Assembly (NCBI GenBank): GCA_951406725.2
Contig: OX597833.1
Span: 69,068,001-69,132,000, forward strand
DNA: 64,000 nt
Origin: Octopus vulgaris
Lineage: Eukaryota
Reading direction: 5' to 3'
Shown here piece by piece: positions 41,579 to 56,433 of this stretch. The notes beneath the pieces are model-generated. The model was not told where the DNA came from. It saw nothing but the letters and a program-made list of their open reading frames with translations, and did not search any database. Position numbers and translations under genes: made by a program. Every line of letters begins with the position of its first letter. The first letter of the stretch is position 1.

Positions 41579-42292
41579 AAGAGAGACAGACAGACAGACA
41601 CGAACAAATATCCTTCACATACCGATAATTACATACATAGATATCCACATAGTGACACACACAAGCACACACATGCATATCACACACGTATTTTATTTTG
41701 TCCGTCCGTCTATACTACTATAAGTATTTCCATACACTTGCGCACGAACGTATTGACTTCTATGATTAAAAATAAACGTAGATATCTCTCCCTGTTCTCT
41801 ACTCAACGCATATGGATTTATCTTGTTATCATAAACATTTTCTCAGTCAATATCAGACAATCATTGCTGTAACCATAACTACATTCTTGTTAGTAAATAT
41901 AATATATTTAGACAATATCAATACAACACAAAGTCATATTTATGTAAATTGTGAACTAATCGTGTGATCGAACAGAAAGCTACATTATTTACTTCCATTA
42001 AAATGTCTATTTGGAGTAACGGAACATAATGCTACTAGCATTAAGTCAATAGAGGCTATAGAAAAACATACAAAAGCCATTGTGAAATGACTTTTTCTTC
42101 CAGTGTAAGGTTAACTGAAAAATAAATTAAATGAATTCATAATTCAGAACGTAAATAAAAGATTTAGCTGTTGCTTGTTAGTTGTTAGTTGAAGTAGAAA
42201 ATAGCAGAGAAAGAAAGAAAGGGAAATTGAGAGAGTGTTGTACACGAATAAATGTTTAGATATGGAAGTTATTAAATTTATGTGTATAGGTT

Positions 42293-42388
<96 letters not shown>

Positions 42389-42477
42389 AGTGTGTGTATG
42401 TATATAATAAATAGATATAATTTTTTGTGTGATCGAATTTGTATGGCAATAAATACATAGACACCACAATTAACTAC

Positions 42478-42520
<43 letters not shown>

Positions 42521-42662
42521 GTGTGTGTGGGTGTGTATGTGTGTGTGTGTGTCTGCATACATATATATATATATACACATCTATAAATATTTTTATTGAG
42601 GTTGGTGTGAATAGTATCAATCTATATATAAGTGTATGCATGAATAGATATGTACGTATATA

Positions 42663-42767
<105 letters not shown>

Positions 42768-43465
42768 GAGAGAGAGAGAGGGGGCGACAACATATAAATA
42801 GTTACTCACACATTATTTAAAAGTTTATATTTTCAAACATATATTTACATACGTATATAAATAAGCTCACTGGTATACATGTACACATACACATACAAAA
42901 ATAAATACAGCCACATCAAACCCTACATACACACGCATTTGTGCGTGTGTGTGTGTATGTAATGCGTGTGTATGTGTGTGGTATTCATTGTGTGTTTATT
43001 GGCCTTACTACCAAATGTCAAAAGACACGGTGAGTCAAAATAAAATGTAGTGAAATATTATATCCTTCGTACCAGAAGATTGGCTTTATTGTTTAGAAGT
43101 CAAATATCATGAGTTCGATCTCACTTTCAGATGCATTTTGGTAAGCATGTGCCATAGGTTTAGCTTCCCAGAAAGATTGCCGTAAGAAAATCTGTGAGTG
43201 AAACTGTGCAAAAATTTCTTATTTACATATACGCACTGTAATGTGTGTGTGCGCGCAGCACCACACGCATTTCAGATATGTCACCGCAAGCCTGGGAATA
43301 TATGTCAGAATGGGTAATAGATACCCAGATATTTAAGAGATTCTTTTGGCAACAGTTATTGCTGTTAGTTTACTCTGTTCGTTCGGAATGTGACTTCATT
43401 TGTTCAATATACAGCTTCTTATCTTATCTATTTGTTTCTTTGTTTCTTTGGGTTTTTCATGTGAA

Positions 43466-43697
43466 TACCTATTTCTTTACTACCCACAAGGGGCTAAACA
43501 CAGAGAGGACAAACAAGGACAGGTAAACGGATTAAGTCGATTATATCGACCCCCAGTGCGTAACTGGTACTCATTTAATCGACCCCGAAAGGATGAAAAG
43601 CAAAGTCGACCTCGGCGGAATTTGAACTCAGAACGTAGCGGCAGACGAAATACCGCTTAGCATTTCGCCCGGCGTGCTAACGTTTCTGCCAGCTGGC
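43466..43697 (-). mobile_element. SINE family A, near full length
   Basis: Matches 2730-2960. Confidence 0.88.
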
Positions 43698-44754
43698 CCC
43701 TCAATCAAATCCTTTGAGGTATATGCTTAAAGGAGACCCTAATGCAGAATTAGTTTGGCTTTTACTTTATGGTCCCCTATGCGAAACCCCTCGTCCATGG
43801 AAGACTGGAATCTCCCTCATTTAGAATCCTTCCTGTCGGTTTTAGAATGGGGTATTAGAACGTGGGGAAAATGTCTTTGGAAAATATTTCTTCCGGTTCC
43901 CTGCATAACGGTTTCTCTTCAGCCGATTTTAGCTCTGCTTTTCCTCTTTCCAAGATCGAAAAAACAAAATTGTAGTCAAGTTCTGAAAACGATGATATCG
44001 ACAAACACTCGTAACTTAAAATTGCTGTCCTGCTACTACCTAAATTAGAAACAAACAATTTTAAATTATGTCGTTAGATGTTAGACCATTTCGCCAATAA
44101 CATAAAAATTGAGCTGTTATGGATATACAAACCTCGGAAATAATGGCTATTAAGCTGCCACCCGGTTCCCTTTTGAATCGATCTGCAATCATTATGTTTT
44201 TCTTTTGATGTCGTGCTAAACTACACAACACAAAGCTAATACAGCGCAGCTGATATATTTCAGAAAATTCTACATAATTCTCTTAACAGAAAATGGAGAT
44301 TTACAAGACGAGAAAATGTTCAGTTGTTTACACGCTAAGAACAGAAATAGCATCAAGAACAACCTCAATCGTCGCAATTAAGTCCATTAATCGTAATATA
44401 ATTAAGAAAATCAATGCAATCGTACAAGTATTTAATCCAAATTAAATGCTAGCGTTTAATCCAATAACGTTTAAGATTAGGTAAGAGTTCATTTTTCGAA
44501 CCATTGAAGCAAGTAAGACGTAAACACTGCTTCTTATGCAATGGTAATAGGAAATAAGCGCACTCAAATAAACCGAGTTGTAGGAGATTTGGTATAAAAG
44601 CAGCAAACAACCAATAGCATTGTACAACATTTACGGATTTACACACGTTGGTTCAGAAAACGCTATAGGTAAGTTGTAAAGTTAAAGTTGCATGAATATC
44701 AATACATATATATATATATATATAAATATAAATATACAGAGAGAGAGAGGGGGG

Positions 44755-44800
<46 letters not shown>

Positions 44801-44950
44801 GTACATGTATGTATGCATTTATGTATGTTTGTTTAAATAAATGTATGAACACACACACAGATATACATATATAGAAAGAGATATGTATATATATATATAC
44901 ATATAAACATGTATAAATAAGTAATTAAATATATATATATATATATATAG

Positions 44951-45141
44951 GTACTACTTAAGAAGAGCGGTCCCGGTGCGCGCACTCGCGCATTGCGCTA
45001 GCTAGTCGTGACTAGTCGATCCTTACTTTGTGTTTTTGTGTTTTATTTACTTTGCTAGGTAGTCGTTGTAGGATCGACTAGGTAGCCCGGATGCGCGAGT
45101 ACGCGAGTGCGCGCACCGGAACCACTCTTCTTAAATAGTAC
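44951..45141. mobile_element. GC-rich MITE (191 bp) inserted in (TA)n
   Basis: About 40-bp TIRs GTACTACTTAAGAAGAGCGGTCCCGGTGCGCGCACTCGCG / CGCGAGTGCGCGCACCGGAACCACTCTTCTTAAATAGTAC, plus inner CTAGTCGATCCT/AGGATCGACTAG. Confidence 0.85.
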
Positions 45142-45194
<53 letters not shown>

Positions 45195-45799
45195 GTATAG
45201 GCGCAGGCATGGCTGTGTGGTAAGAAGTACCATTTACGCACTGGGATCTATATAATCGACTTAATACGTCTGTCTGTCTGTCTGTCCTTGTTTGTCTCCT
45301 CTGTGTTTTGCCCCTTGTTGGTAGTAAAGAAATAAGTATTTTTTTAGATTGATAACAACACGGCGAGCTGGCAGAATCTTTAGCAACGCTGGTCAAACGC
45401 ACCGCGATGCTTCTTCAACCCTTATATTAAAATCCTTACGAGACCCACTTTACCTTTCAGGATCGATTAAATTAAATCCCAGTTGAGGGCTTGAATCGAC
45501 GACCCAACACAGCCTTGAAACTGTTTGTATTCTGCTTACAGGAGAAAGAACTATTTTTAATAGCAGTATTTTCTCTTCAACTTCGTAAAGCAAGATAGAG
45601 GACATAATGATTTAGTGTTTTTTTTTTCATTTTTATTTTATTTTAACTTATTTATTATATTATTCTTTTCTTTCTAGTTCAAAAGAGCTGACTTTCAATA
45701 TTTCGATACCATCTCCTTATCAATCTCCTTGGAGCTATTCTTATTCATCAAGTCTTGTGTTAACCAGAGAACAACAACAACAACAATGCTCTATGGGTT

Positions 45800-46487
45800 T
45801 CTATAGTAGTAGTTAGTAGTAGCAGTAGTAGTAGAAGTGGTGGTGGTAATTCTGGAGAAGGTGGTGTGATAATGATGGTGATGATGAGACGAATGATGGC
45901 GGTGGTGGTGGTGATGATGATGATGGTGATGGTGATGATGGTGATGATGATGATAACGACGATGATGATGATGATGGTGGTGATGATGATGATGATGATG
46001 ATGATGAGGATGATGATGATGATGATATTGATGATGATGATGATAACGACGATAATGATGATGATGTTGATGGTGATGATGATGACGTTGATGATGATGA
46101 TGATGATGTTGATGATGATGATGACGTTGATGATGATGATGATGATTAAGTGGGAGAGATAAGGAGCTTGGCGACGACTCCGTCAGCGATGATGACGACG
46201 ATGATGATGGCGATGTCAATTACGAATAGAACTACGATGATGATGATGATGATGATGGTGTGTTACTTGATGGTGACGATGACGATGGCAATGATGAAGA
46301 GGAGCAGCAGCAGGATGATGATGATGATGATGACAATGATGACGATTATGATGATCATACGTTTCATTTTTTAAATATTTTTCTTGACTCTATTTATTCA
46401 ATTTCTTTTGTTCTCTTGTCATTCACTATCGCTCTTTCACGTAGAATGTATGACAAACACATTAATGTTTGCAATAGTAGCAGCAGC

Positions 46488-46537
<50 letters not shown>

Positions 46538-46636
46538 CAGCAGCAGCAGGGATAGTGTTGATGGTGAGATAGTGTTGGTAAGGATGGAAGAAAAAGTAGA
46601 ATGGAAGAGAAAAGATGATGATGATGATGGCGATTG

Positions 46637-46674
<38 letters not shown>

Positions 46675-46935
46675 ATGATGATGATGACGGTGGTGGTGGT
46701 GAAGTTTATGATGATGATGATGATGCTGATGAGGATGATGATGACGGTGGTGGTGGTGAAGTTTATGATGATGATGATGATGATGATGATGATGGCGATT
46801 GTGATGATGATGATGGTGGTGATGTTGGTGATGGTGATAGTGACGATGAAGAGGAAAAAAGAAGGACAGTAACAACAACAACAAGTACGACAACAACAAC
46901 AAGAACGACAACAACAATAACAACTGCAACAAGTA
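45800..46935. repeat. Degenerate (GAT)n/(GGT)n/(TAG)n/(ACA)n trinucleotide region, about 1.1 kb
   Basis: Visible; source of the poly-D, poly-M and poly-H ORFs. Confidence 0.95.
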
Positions 46936-47104
46936 CTCCTGCAGTTCGTCGTTCGTACTAAAATTTTAATATCATATTCGGCTTCTACCAGGCTAGTCAA
47001 TAAAATAGGCACATATGGTTTTGTCATATTAATAGAAAATAACTTCATGTCATTATTTAATTTTAGTGATCAACACACACACACAGCACACACAGACACG
47101 CACA

Positions 47105-47159
<55 letters not shown>

Positions 47160-47482
47160 GTGTGTGTGTATATATGTATGTATGTATATGTGTTTGCATG
47201 TATATGGATACATACGCTTGTACATCAATAACTCCTTATTTTCAAATGTGCGATGGGCTTTTTTTTCTAAATGCATATCAATCATTTTAATTACTTCTTT
47301 TCGAAATATTAAAATGCATATATTCATTCATTTGACATAGTAATCCGAACCATATTTCGCCGAATAAAACTACATTTAAAATTGCACTTGTGAGAAAAAG
47401 AACAGGGAACTTCAGAGTAAAACCAAACATACAAAGAAATATATAAGTGTGTTAGAGTGTATATGTACGCGCGTACACACAT

Positions 47483-47523
<41 letters not shown>

Positions 47524-47581
47524 CACACATATGCACGCATGCACTCGCGTGCACACACATGCACACAGACATGAATATATA

Positions 47582-47660
<79 letters not shown>

Positions 47661-47712
47661 GCATATATATATACACACACATGCATATATATATATATAT
47701 ATATATATATAC

Positions 47713-47754
<42 letters not shown>

Positions 47755-47898
47755 GTACATATATATACATACACATAAATACACATGCATGTACGTATAA
47801 TATATATACATACACACACACATATATATAGAGAGACTTAGTAATTTTAATATTTCTATATATATACATATGTATATATATATATATGTATATATATG

Positions 47899-47999
<101 letters not shown>

Positions 48000-48294
48000 A
48001 CATATATATTGTCGTAAAGAAAAGTCAATAAACGTCAACTAAATGTTCTTCACTGTAAATGTATTAGATTGATGCACAGTGAAAGTTTTCGATGGCAAAA
48101 TAGAAGTCGAAGTGACGTTTCGAGTACGGATCTTCGTCGGAAAGAGGCGGACAGGCCAGAGAGGAAGTAATTTAGATAGAGCATTTAGTCCGGAGTAAAG
48201 CACGTTATATGTCCGTGTCCTATATATATTAATATCAAGATGTAATGTTGATAATAAATATACTACACACACATACGCATGTAAAAACACGCGA

Positions 48295-48547
48295 TACTCT
48301 CTGTTACCTGTTTCAGTCATTTTACTGTGGCCATGCTGGAGCACCTGCTTTAGTCGAGAAAATCGACAGCGGGACTTATTCTTCGTAAGCCAAGTACTTA
48401 TTCTATCGGTCACTTTTGCCGAACCGCTAAGTTAAGGGGGCGTAAACACACCAGTATCGGTTGCCAAGCGATGTTGGGGGGACAAAAACAGACATGCAAA
48501 CATATACACACTCACGCACACACACACATACATACATACATATACAG

Positions 48548-48592
<45 letters not shown>

Positions 48593-48757
48593 TACGACGG
48601 ACTTCTTTCAGTTTCCATCTACCAAATCCACTCACAAAGCTTTGGTCGGCCCGACGCTAAAGTAGAAGATACTTACCCAAGGAACCACTCAGGGGGACTG
48701 AACCCGGAACCATGTGGTTGGTAAGTAAGCTTCTTACCGCACAGCCACTCCTACGCC
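48295..48757 (-). mobile_element. SINE family C, full length
   Basis: Matches 7975-8385; long internal CA/TA tract. Confidence 0.87.
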
Positions 48758-49919
48758 ACATAGATTATATGTGTGTTTCTGTAAATTTATCTTAGTCTCT
48801 CTCTGATCCAAGAGATGCAGGGAAGCTGCGTTGGTAGATAAAATGAATGCAAGGAGACTGAGAGCGAGCTCAGCAAAATGGTTAATTGTTAAGAAGAGTA
48901 CCATGTCTTCGACTTGGTTCCCGTCTTTATTCTCCTTACAGACAATCGTATTTTAAAATGATTCACCCATGCCCATCCCACCTATAATTGGAAGTATACG
49001 CTTTCAGAAGTTGTTGCTATTTGTTAAAGGTCAAGCGATTCTAGAGACGCTTCCTTACTTGTTCGACAGAACCACAGTCTGACAATTATTTTTGTAAAAG
49101 TCAGCAAATCTGCAATGTCTGTGTTTTGCCTTGGCTTAGTATCACTAGCGGAGCTAGAATGTGTGCCGCCCGGAGCTGCCATTCTGTGTGCCACCTGCGG
49201 ACCCTACAAAAAATGCATATTGCATACAGCAGACCCAAAAGTGCCGCCCAGGGATGAGCGGCCCTATCAACCCCCTTCCCCGGGTATTCAGTCTCGGAGC
49301 AAGATATCAAAAAAGTTTTTGGACTGCAGCAGATTTTCTGCAAGTCTCAGATGTTAGCCTGGCACACCAGATCTTTTTCACAGACAGAAGAAGAGAATAT
49401 ATTAGGCCAAGGTATTTGATCCCCAGCAGTCATCACAGTAAACAGTTGGTATCTGGATGTTGTCCAGGTGCTCACATATTTTGGCTGCTTATAAATGGAC
49501 GATCTCTTTGAGGCGTAGATCAGCAGAATGTTCGGTCGAGGGAACTGCCTCAACAAACGCCAGTGCGGTATCTTAGTGATTTCCTCTTTCGGGGACCATG
49601 ACACAATCCAAAATGATATCATACAATTATAAAAAGCATATCAAAACTCTGCACATGAATATATTTGATCATAATTGTATCAGTTTGTTTTATTCCGACT
49701 TTTCTAAAGCGTAATGGATTTCTGAGAGCAATATCAAAATTGTCCATCCACTTTATATAATGATAGGCTATCTATGTGTTGTGTCTGGCATATGAACAAT
49801 TCCTTAGCATTGCTTCCTTTAATACAACTGCAGCAAGAAGTTGAAGCACTCTAATATTTACGAGTGTTCCATTAGCTTTCACACGTTCATCTTTTAGTTG
49901 ATGAATGGCACCCGTACTA

Positions 49920-50138
49920 AGGCGGCGAGCTGACAGAAACGTTAGCACACCGGGCGAAATGCGTAGCCGTATTTCGTCTGCCGCTACGTACTGAGTTCAA
50001 ATTCCGCCGAGGTCGACTTTGCCTTTCATCCTTTCGGGGTCGATAAATTAAGTACCAGTTTCGCACTGGGTCGATATAATCGACTTAATCCGTTTGTCTG
50101 TCCTTGTTTGTCCCCTCTATGTTTAGCCCCTTGTGGGT
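49920..50138 (+). mobile_element. SINE family A, near full length
   Basis: Matches 2730-2960. Confidence 0.88.
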
Positions 50139-50921
50139 TGAAATGGAATGGTACCCGTATTCAAGCATCAAACTTGTTTTTGTTCTTTTTGTTTAATCCT
50201 AGGTCAAATAAACATATGAACCGCGTTGATCCATCAGTAGTCATCTTGTAGTTGCATATCTCATGTCCTTCACTATTTTTTCTGTCATGTTTTTTGTGTT
50301 AATATCCTTTCTAAGATGGTCCTGTGCAATTTGAGAGAAATTTGGCTGCTATTTCTACCAAATCCACGGACCAGATATCGAAGTCCGTCGGCTGCACCCC
50401 AGCTTATGGCCCGACCTGTTTCGAGAATAAATGCTAAAATATGTATTTCCAATTTATGCACAAATCCATTACTTTTCGAAGAGATTGTTAGGCAATGACA
50501 TCGACCCCAGTTCTTTGAGAGTTATTACATTGGAACCACCCCGAAGCGATGAAAGGCAAAGTTAACCTTAGCGAAACTGGAATTCAGAATGTAAAGTGAC
50601 AGAACAACTGTCGCGGGGCATTTATTTTTCTCGATTCCCCAACGATTGTTAGCTCGCAGTATAATACGAATAAAAAAGACAGATAATGTGTTTAACAGAA
50701 ACGGAGCTTCGAGGACGATATTAGCGAATATTTCAATGCCAAACGGTAGAAAGCCGATTATAATAAACACCACATAAATATTCAAGAGACGTAAAGATTG
50801 TGGTACCACTACACCTCATTGTTTTAATTATCACGCACAAGTTGGCTTATACTTGAAAATTATCGGAATCACTCACATTCTGTTATAAACGGCAATATAA
50901 ATGTTATGTTCAAAGAATATA

Positions 50922-51707
50922 TATTTCTTTACTGCCCACAAGGGGCTAAACACGGTGTGGACAAACAAGGACAGACATAGGTATTAAGTCGATTACATCG
51001 ACTCCAGTGCGTAACTGGTATTTATTTAATCGATCCTGAAAGAATGAAAGGCAAAGTCGATCTCGGCGGAATTTGAACTCAGAACATAGCGGCAGAAAAA
51101 ATACCTATTTCTTTACTACACACAAGGGGCTAAACATAGAGGGGACAAACAAGGACAGACAATGAGATTAAGTCGATTACATCGACCCCAGTGCGTGACT
51201 GGTATTTATTTAATCCACCCTGAAAGGATGAAAGGAAAAGTCGACCCCGGCGGAATTTGAACTCAGAACGTAGCGGCAGGCAAAATACCTATTTCTTTAC
51301 TACCCACAAGGGGCTAAACACAGAGAGGGGACAAACAAGGACATACAAACGGATTAAGTCGATTACATCTACCCCAGTGCGTCACTGGTCTTTATTTAAT
51401 CGACCCTGAAAGGATGAAAGGCAAAGTCGACCTCGGCGGAATTTGAACTCAGTACGTAGCGGTAGACAAAATACGTATTTCTTTACTACCCACAAGGGGC
51501 CAAACACAGAGAGGACAAACAAGGACAGACAAACGGATTAAGTCGATTATATTGACCCCAGTGCGTAATTGGTACTTATTTAATCGACCTCGAAAGGATG
51601 AAAGGCAAAGTCAATCTCGGTGGAATTTGAACTCAGAACGTAGCGGCAGACGAAATACTGCTAAGCATTTCGCCCGGCGCGCTAACGTTTCTGCCAGCTC
51701 GCCGCCT
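50922..51707 (-). mobile_element. Head-to-tail array of SINE family A (one complete unit plus three headless units of about 183 bp)
   Basis: Unit TATTTCTTTACT..CACAAGGGG...GGAATTTGAACTCAG..GTAGCGG repeats at about 50922, 51105, 51289 and 51475; only the rightmost carries the A-box head; an extra head fragment lies at 51713-51810. Confidence 0.92.
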
Positions 51708-53059
51708 TTCTAGTCGACCTCGGCGTAGTTTGAACTCAGAACGTATCGACAGGCGAAATAACGCTAAGCGTTTTGTCCGACGCCGTAGCGATTCTGCCAG
51801 CTCGATGCCTTCTTGGTGAATATTTGAACCTCCGCCGCAGGTTGTACTCGGAAAAAATGGCGTTTCTAAGAAATCGATTTCTAACAGAAATGCAAGGCTT
51901 CATATTCCACGGATGAGGGATATTCGATTGCAATGGCCCAGTAATTCACCGCAAATTATTTTATCGATTTTGTGATTATAAAACTAAAAAAATCAAAAAA
52001 AAAATCAATAAAATAAATTTAGCCTCAGCGGGATTGAACTTGCAACATTTAGCGACAGAAATATAAACATAACAGCCGGGTATTTTGTCATTCACTGTTC
52101 TCGGTTCTGCGAATCGATTGGCGTTAGTTGTTTTGATATTGATTTTTCCGATATATTGAATAACGAATATAAAAAAAAAAGAAAAATATATATTTTTTCA
52201 AATGTTTGATTGATAAAGCTTTGTCTTCACCTCAGAATATATTATAAATTTTAATGTCTCGGAAACGAATTGTTTCCATATGAATGGACTCGTCTTGGAG
52301 ATTTGAATACCCAACACGTCACTAGAGGGCATCCGATTTGTCTATGTTTGTATATAAAAGAGGGATGTAGCAATATGTATGTATTAGGGAATGCAACAGT
52401 GGCTGTTAGACCGAGCGTAATTTATCGTTTGATGTCAGATTATGTCATGTTAAATCTTCGCTGAATTAATCTTCGAAGACGAGGCATATGTGCAATCGTT
52501 CGTATTTGTCTACTGTTGTCAACAAATGATGCCATTACGAGAAGCCATAATTCCATATCTACACGAAATGAATTCCAAAACTATGATTCAAATGATATTT
52601 CCAATGCTGGGTCATGACAACATTTTGAAATCCATAGTGGCTTCATTGAACAACGCAACTTGTCACGAAGATTATAACTTTCAGAAGTTATTTCCTCTTA
52701 TACAGAATCCTTCAAATATATAATCGTTATTTACCGAATCGGAAAAAAGAAAAGAGTCCGAGATACTTAAGTAGAAGGAAATGGGACTGTCAGATATTCG
52801 TGAATTTTCCAAAAGCATTGACGACATAAGTAGAGTCAACTTGCAAATAATACGATCGAATCAGTTGAGAGTCTATTAAAATTTATAGACTCATAAATTG
52901 AAGCTTTTTATTCTTGCTTTACATTAGATGAGATCATAATGGTCGTCCTTAGGATCAAATTCATTCCCACCATGACAATTCCATCAATATTTCAGACACT
53001 ACCGCTATAAATATTTTATCCATGTCCGAACATAAGATGAAGGGGTATGATTTGAAAAT

Positions 53060-53480
53060 AGCGCGTCGAGCTGGTAGAATCGTAAGCATGACGGGCGAAA
53101 TGCTTAGCAGTATTTCGTTTACCGCTACGTTCTGAGTTCAAATTCCGCCGAGGTCGACTTTGCCTTTCATCCTTTCGGGGTCGACTAAATAAGTACCAGT
53201 TACGCACTGGGGTCAATGTAATCGATTTAATACCTGTGATTGTCCTTGTTTGTCCCCTCTATGTTTAGCCCCTTGTGGGTAGTAAAGAAATAGGTATTTC
53301 GTGTGCCGATATGTTTTGAGTTCAAATTCCGCCGAGGTCGAATTTGCCTTTCATCCTCTCGAGGTTGATTAAATAAGTACCAGTTGCGCACTGGGGTCGA
53401 TGTAATCGACTTAATACCTATCTCTGTCTTTGTTTATCCCCTCTTTGTTTAGGCCCTTGTGGGTAGAAAAGAAATAGGTA
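53060..53480 (+). mobile_element. SINE family A dimer (full unit plus headless unit)
   Basis: Junction AAAGAAATAGGTATTTCGTG at about 53285-53303, the same junction type as in the 50922 array. Confidence 0.88.
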
Positions 53481-53645
53481 TGGCTTGAAGATTTAGCTTC
53501 AATATTTAACAGTTTCAGCACCCACCTAGATGCATGCTTATGTTGTTCTTACTGGTGTTAAATGATGCCCTGCGCAAGATACACCTCTGTATGTTATATT
53601 AATACAATATATCAAATTATTATTATCATTAGGCGTATTAATGAT

Positions 53646-54205
53646 AGGCGTAGGAGTGGCTGTGTGGTAAGTAGCTTGCTAACCAACCACATGGTTCCGG
53701 GTTCAGTCCCACTGCGTGGCACCTTGGGCAAGTGTCTCCTACTATAGCCTCGAGCCAACCAAAGCCTTGTGAGTAAATTTGGTAGACGGAAACTGAAAGA
53801 AGCCCGTCGTATATATGTATATATGTATGTATGTGTGTGTATGTGTGTCTGTATTTCCCCCCCCCAACATCGCTTGACCACCGATGCTGGTGTGGTTACG
53901 TCTCCGTGTCGCTGACGTGTATAAAGCACCAACCAATCATGGCCGTTTGTCAGCCTCCTCTGGCCCCTGTGCTGGTGGCACGTAAAAAGCACCCACTACA
54001 CTCACGGAGTGGTTGGCATTAGGAAGGGCATCCAGCTGTAGAGACACTGCCAGATCAGACTGGAGCCTGGCGCAGCCTCCTAGCTTCCCAGACTCCAGTC
54101 GAACCATCCAATCCATGCTATCATGGAAAACGATGATGATGATGATGTTAAACGATGTTAAACGATGATGATGATGATGATGATGATGATGCTGATGATG
54201 ATGCT
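53646..54205 (+). mobile_element. Chimeric SINE: family C 5' part joined to another SINE body with (GAT)n tail
   Basis: Family C to about 53905, then GGTGGCACGTAAAAAGCACCC..GGCATTAGGAAGGGCATCCAGCTGTAG..CATGGAAAACG and (GAT)n. Confidence 0.7.
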
Positions 54206-54749
54206 GTTGGCTTTGCCTTTCATCCTTTTGGAATCGATGAAATAAGTACCAGTTGAGCTTTGGGTGGGGTGTCGATGTAATCAACTGCCCCCCTCCTCCA
54301 ATGTTGCTGGCCTTGTGCCAAATTTTGAAATCACTATATGCATGTCTCACATCCATACAATACAATTACTCTTATAAAAGGTTTGTATCAGTCATAGTTT
54401 GTTGCTTGTTGCAGTTTTCTTGCTGCTCTGGGTCTCATTAATCTTTGTTAATTTTAAAACATTTCTATTTTCCGTCGGTCATTTAATCGAACAGTGTGCA
54501 GAAGTGCAGCCATTGATTGTTGATTCCTACCCACAGGTCTGTAATATACTACACAAACACATAAGTTTGGCCCTGAATGTAAACACTACCTCTGACCTTC
54601 TCTATTCAACTGTCAAGGTAAACCTTATATTTTCATTGTTCCTTTTATCCCTTTTATTCAAATCTTAGTGAAGGTGCATGGCTTAGTGGTTAAGGTGTTT
54701 AGCTCATGATCATAAATCTGTAAATTTGGTTTCTAACAGCCTGTTGTGA

Positions 54750-55012
54750 GACCGATAGAATAGGTACTAGGCTTACTAAGAATAAGTCCTGGGGTCGATT
54801 TGCTCGACTAAATGCAGTGCTCCAGCATGGCAAATGACTAAAACAGGTAAAAGAGTAATTAATTAAGGTGGCGAGCTAGCAGAATCGTTGACACGTCGGA
54901 GAAATGCTTAGCGGCTTTTCATCCGTCTTCACGTTCATTGTTCAAATTCCGCTTAGGTCGACTCACCTTTTAATGTTTACGGGGTCGATAAAATAAATGC
55001 CAGTTGAGTACT
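54750..55012 (+). mobile_element. SINE C 3' fragment followed by degenerate SINE A
   Basis: GACCGATAGAATAGGTACTAGG..GGGGTCGATTTGCTCGACTAAA; then AAGGTGGCGAGCTAGCAGAATCG..GTTCAAATTCC. Confidence 0.7.
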
Positions 55013-55336
55013 GCGATGAAATGGACGACCCAACTCACATCAACTTACAATGAACAATGATTTATGAAATATGTTACACAATCATCAATTTCATTATAAA
55101 TAAAACAAACACTACTCAAATCCAGGCGGGCGTCTCTGAGAAACACAATCTTCATCAGTCGTAGGTAGGTAGGTAGATAGATATGTTTCATTATTAGCCG
55201 CACAGGGCTGCACACAGATGGGACAGATTACAAAGTAGAGCTTTTCTTTTCAGGGAGAAAAAAAGTGGGTTAGGTTTTCGATCAAAAGGGATCGTAAAAT
55301 GGAAAAAAAACACGAAACGATCAATAGGGATCGTGT

Positions 55337-55404
<68 letters not shown>

Positions 55405-55408
55405 TAGG

Positions 55409-55477
<69 letters not shown>

Positions 55478-55479
55478 GG

Positions 55480-55569
<90 letters not shown>

Positions 55570-56433
55570 GGAGAGAGAGAGAGACAGAAGACAGATAGGT
55601 AGATAGATAAATGATGTGAGAGAAGATGAAGGAGGGAGAATGGAAGAAAGCGAGGATACAATTCTTACCGTATTCAAACAATAGATTTCATTTTCCATTT
55701 TCCACAATAATTGAACCTATGAATATGCGACGAGTTTTGCCTTTTCTCTTAGATTGTTGATTACGTCACTCATTACACAGATTGCCCAGTATCTCTTCGT
55801 CTCTTCACCTTTATTTCTCTTTATACAACTGGTTATTTCTATACCATTCGCTTTACAACTGTTTATACTTTTGTCTGTCAGTATGCAATTACGTTACTAA
55901 AATACGACTATTTCTGGTCTGAGGAAGTCTGCTTTCGATTTAGACATAACGGATACGCAATGATAAAGTAATAACAGGTGAATTTTATAATAATATCATA
56001 TTATTTCGCCCAGATATTCTATTATCGGTGATTGTTTCTATATTATAAGCAGGTAATGTAGACATGTTATTAGCTGACTATGATGACATGCATTATATAA
56101 GGTAAAAGTCAGGCGAAGAAACAACCGCAATTTATCGCGGTAAAACGACTTCGACATTTGTATGTGACAAATCCTTCGGGCAGATGTAGGAATTATTATG
56201 ATTAGAGCAATTGGAAACGTCCATATGGAATAAATGGCACGACTGTAAAAGGGAAGTGAACTGGTTGTAACATTCTTTCCATAAAGTATATGAAAACGAA
56301 AATGAAAGCTGATATCCAGACGCTAGATACAGATCAGCGAATTTTTCCTATTAGAAATATATTGAAATATATTGCACAGTTGAGAGGGAGAGAGAAACAA
56401 TTCACATGAAACGTATGTATTTATATATATATA

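Noticed and set aside
43755-44058. Non-repetitive ORFs on both strands with a minus-strand acceptor-like site
   Set aside because: No recognisable homology and no well-supported donor; insufficient to call an exon
45791-47048. Poly-His, poly-Asp and poly-Met ORFs up to 233 aa
   Set aside because: Degenerate (GAT)n repeat open in several frames on both strands, with no domain or splice support
49101-49622. Cluster of overlapping GC-richer ORFs on both strands
   Set aside because: No recognisable domain; paired GTGCCGCCC motifs suggest a decayed DNA-transposon end, but it cannot be classified
50922-51707. Regularly spaced repeats superficially like a CRISPR array
   Set aside because: Whole ~183-bp units repeat with no unique spacers; eukaryotic SINE sequence
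55120-55165. Minus-strand CTGATGA motif
   Set aside because: GAAA box absent and stems weak
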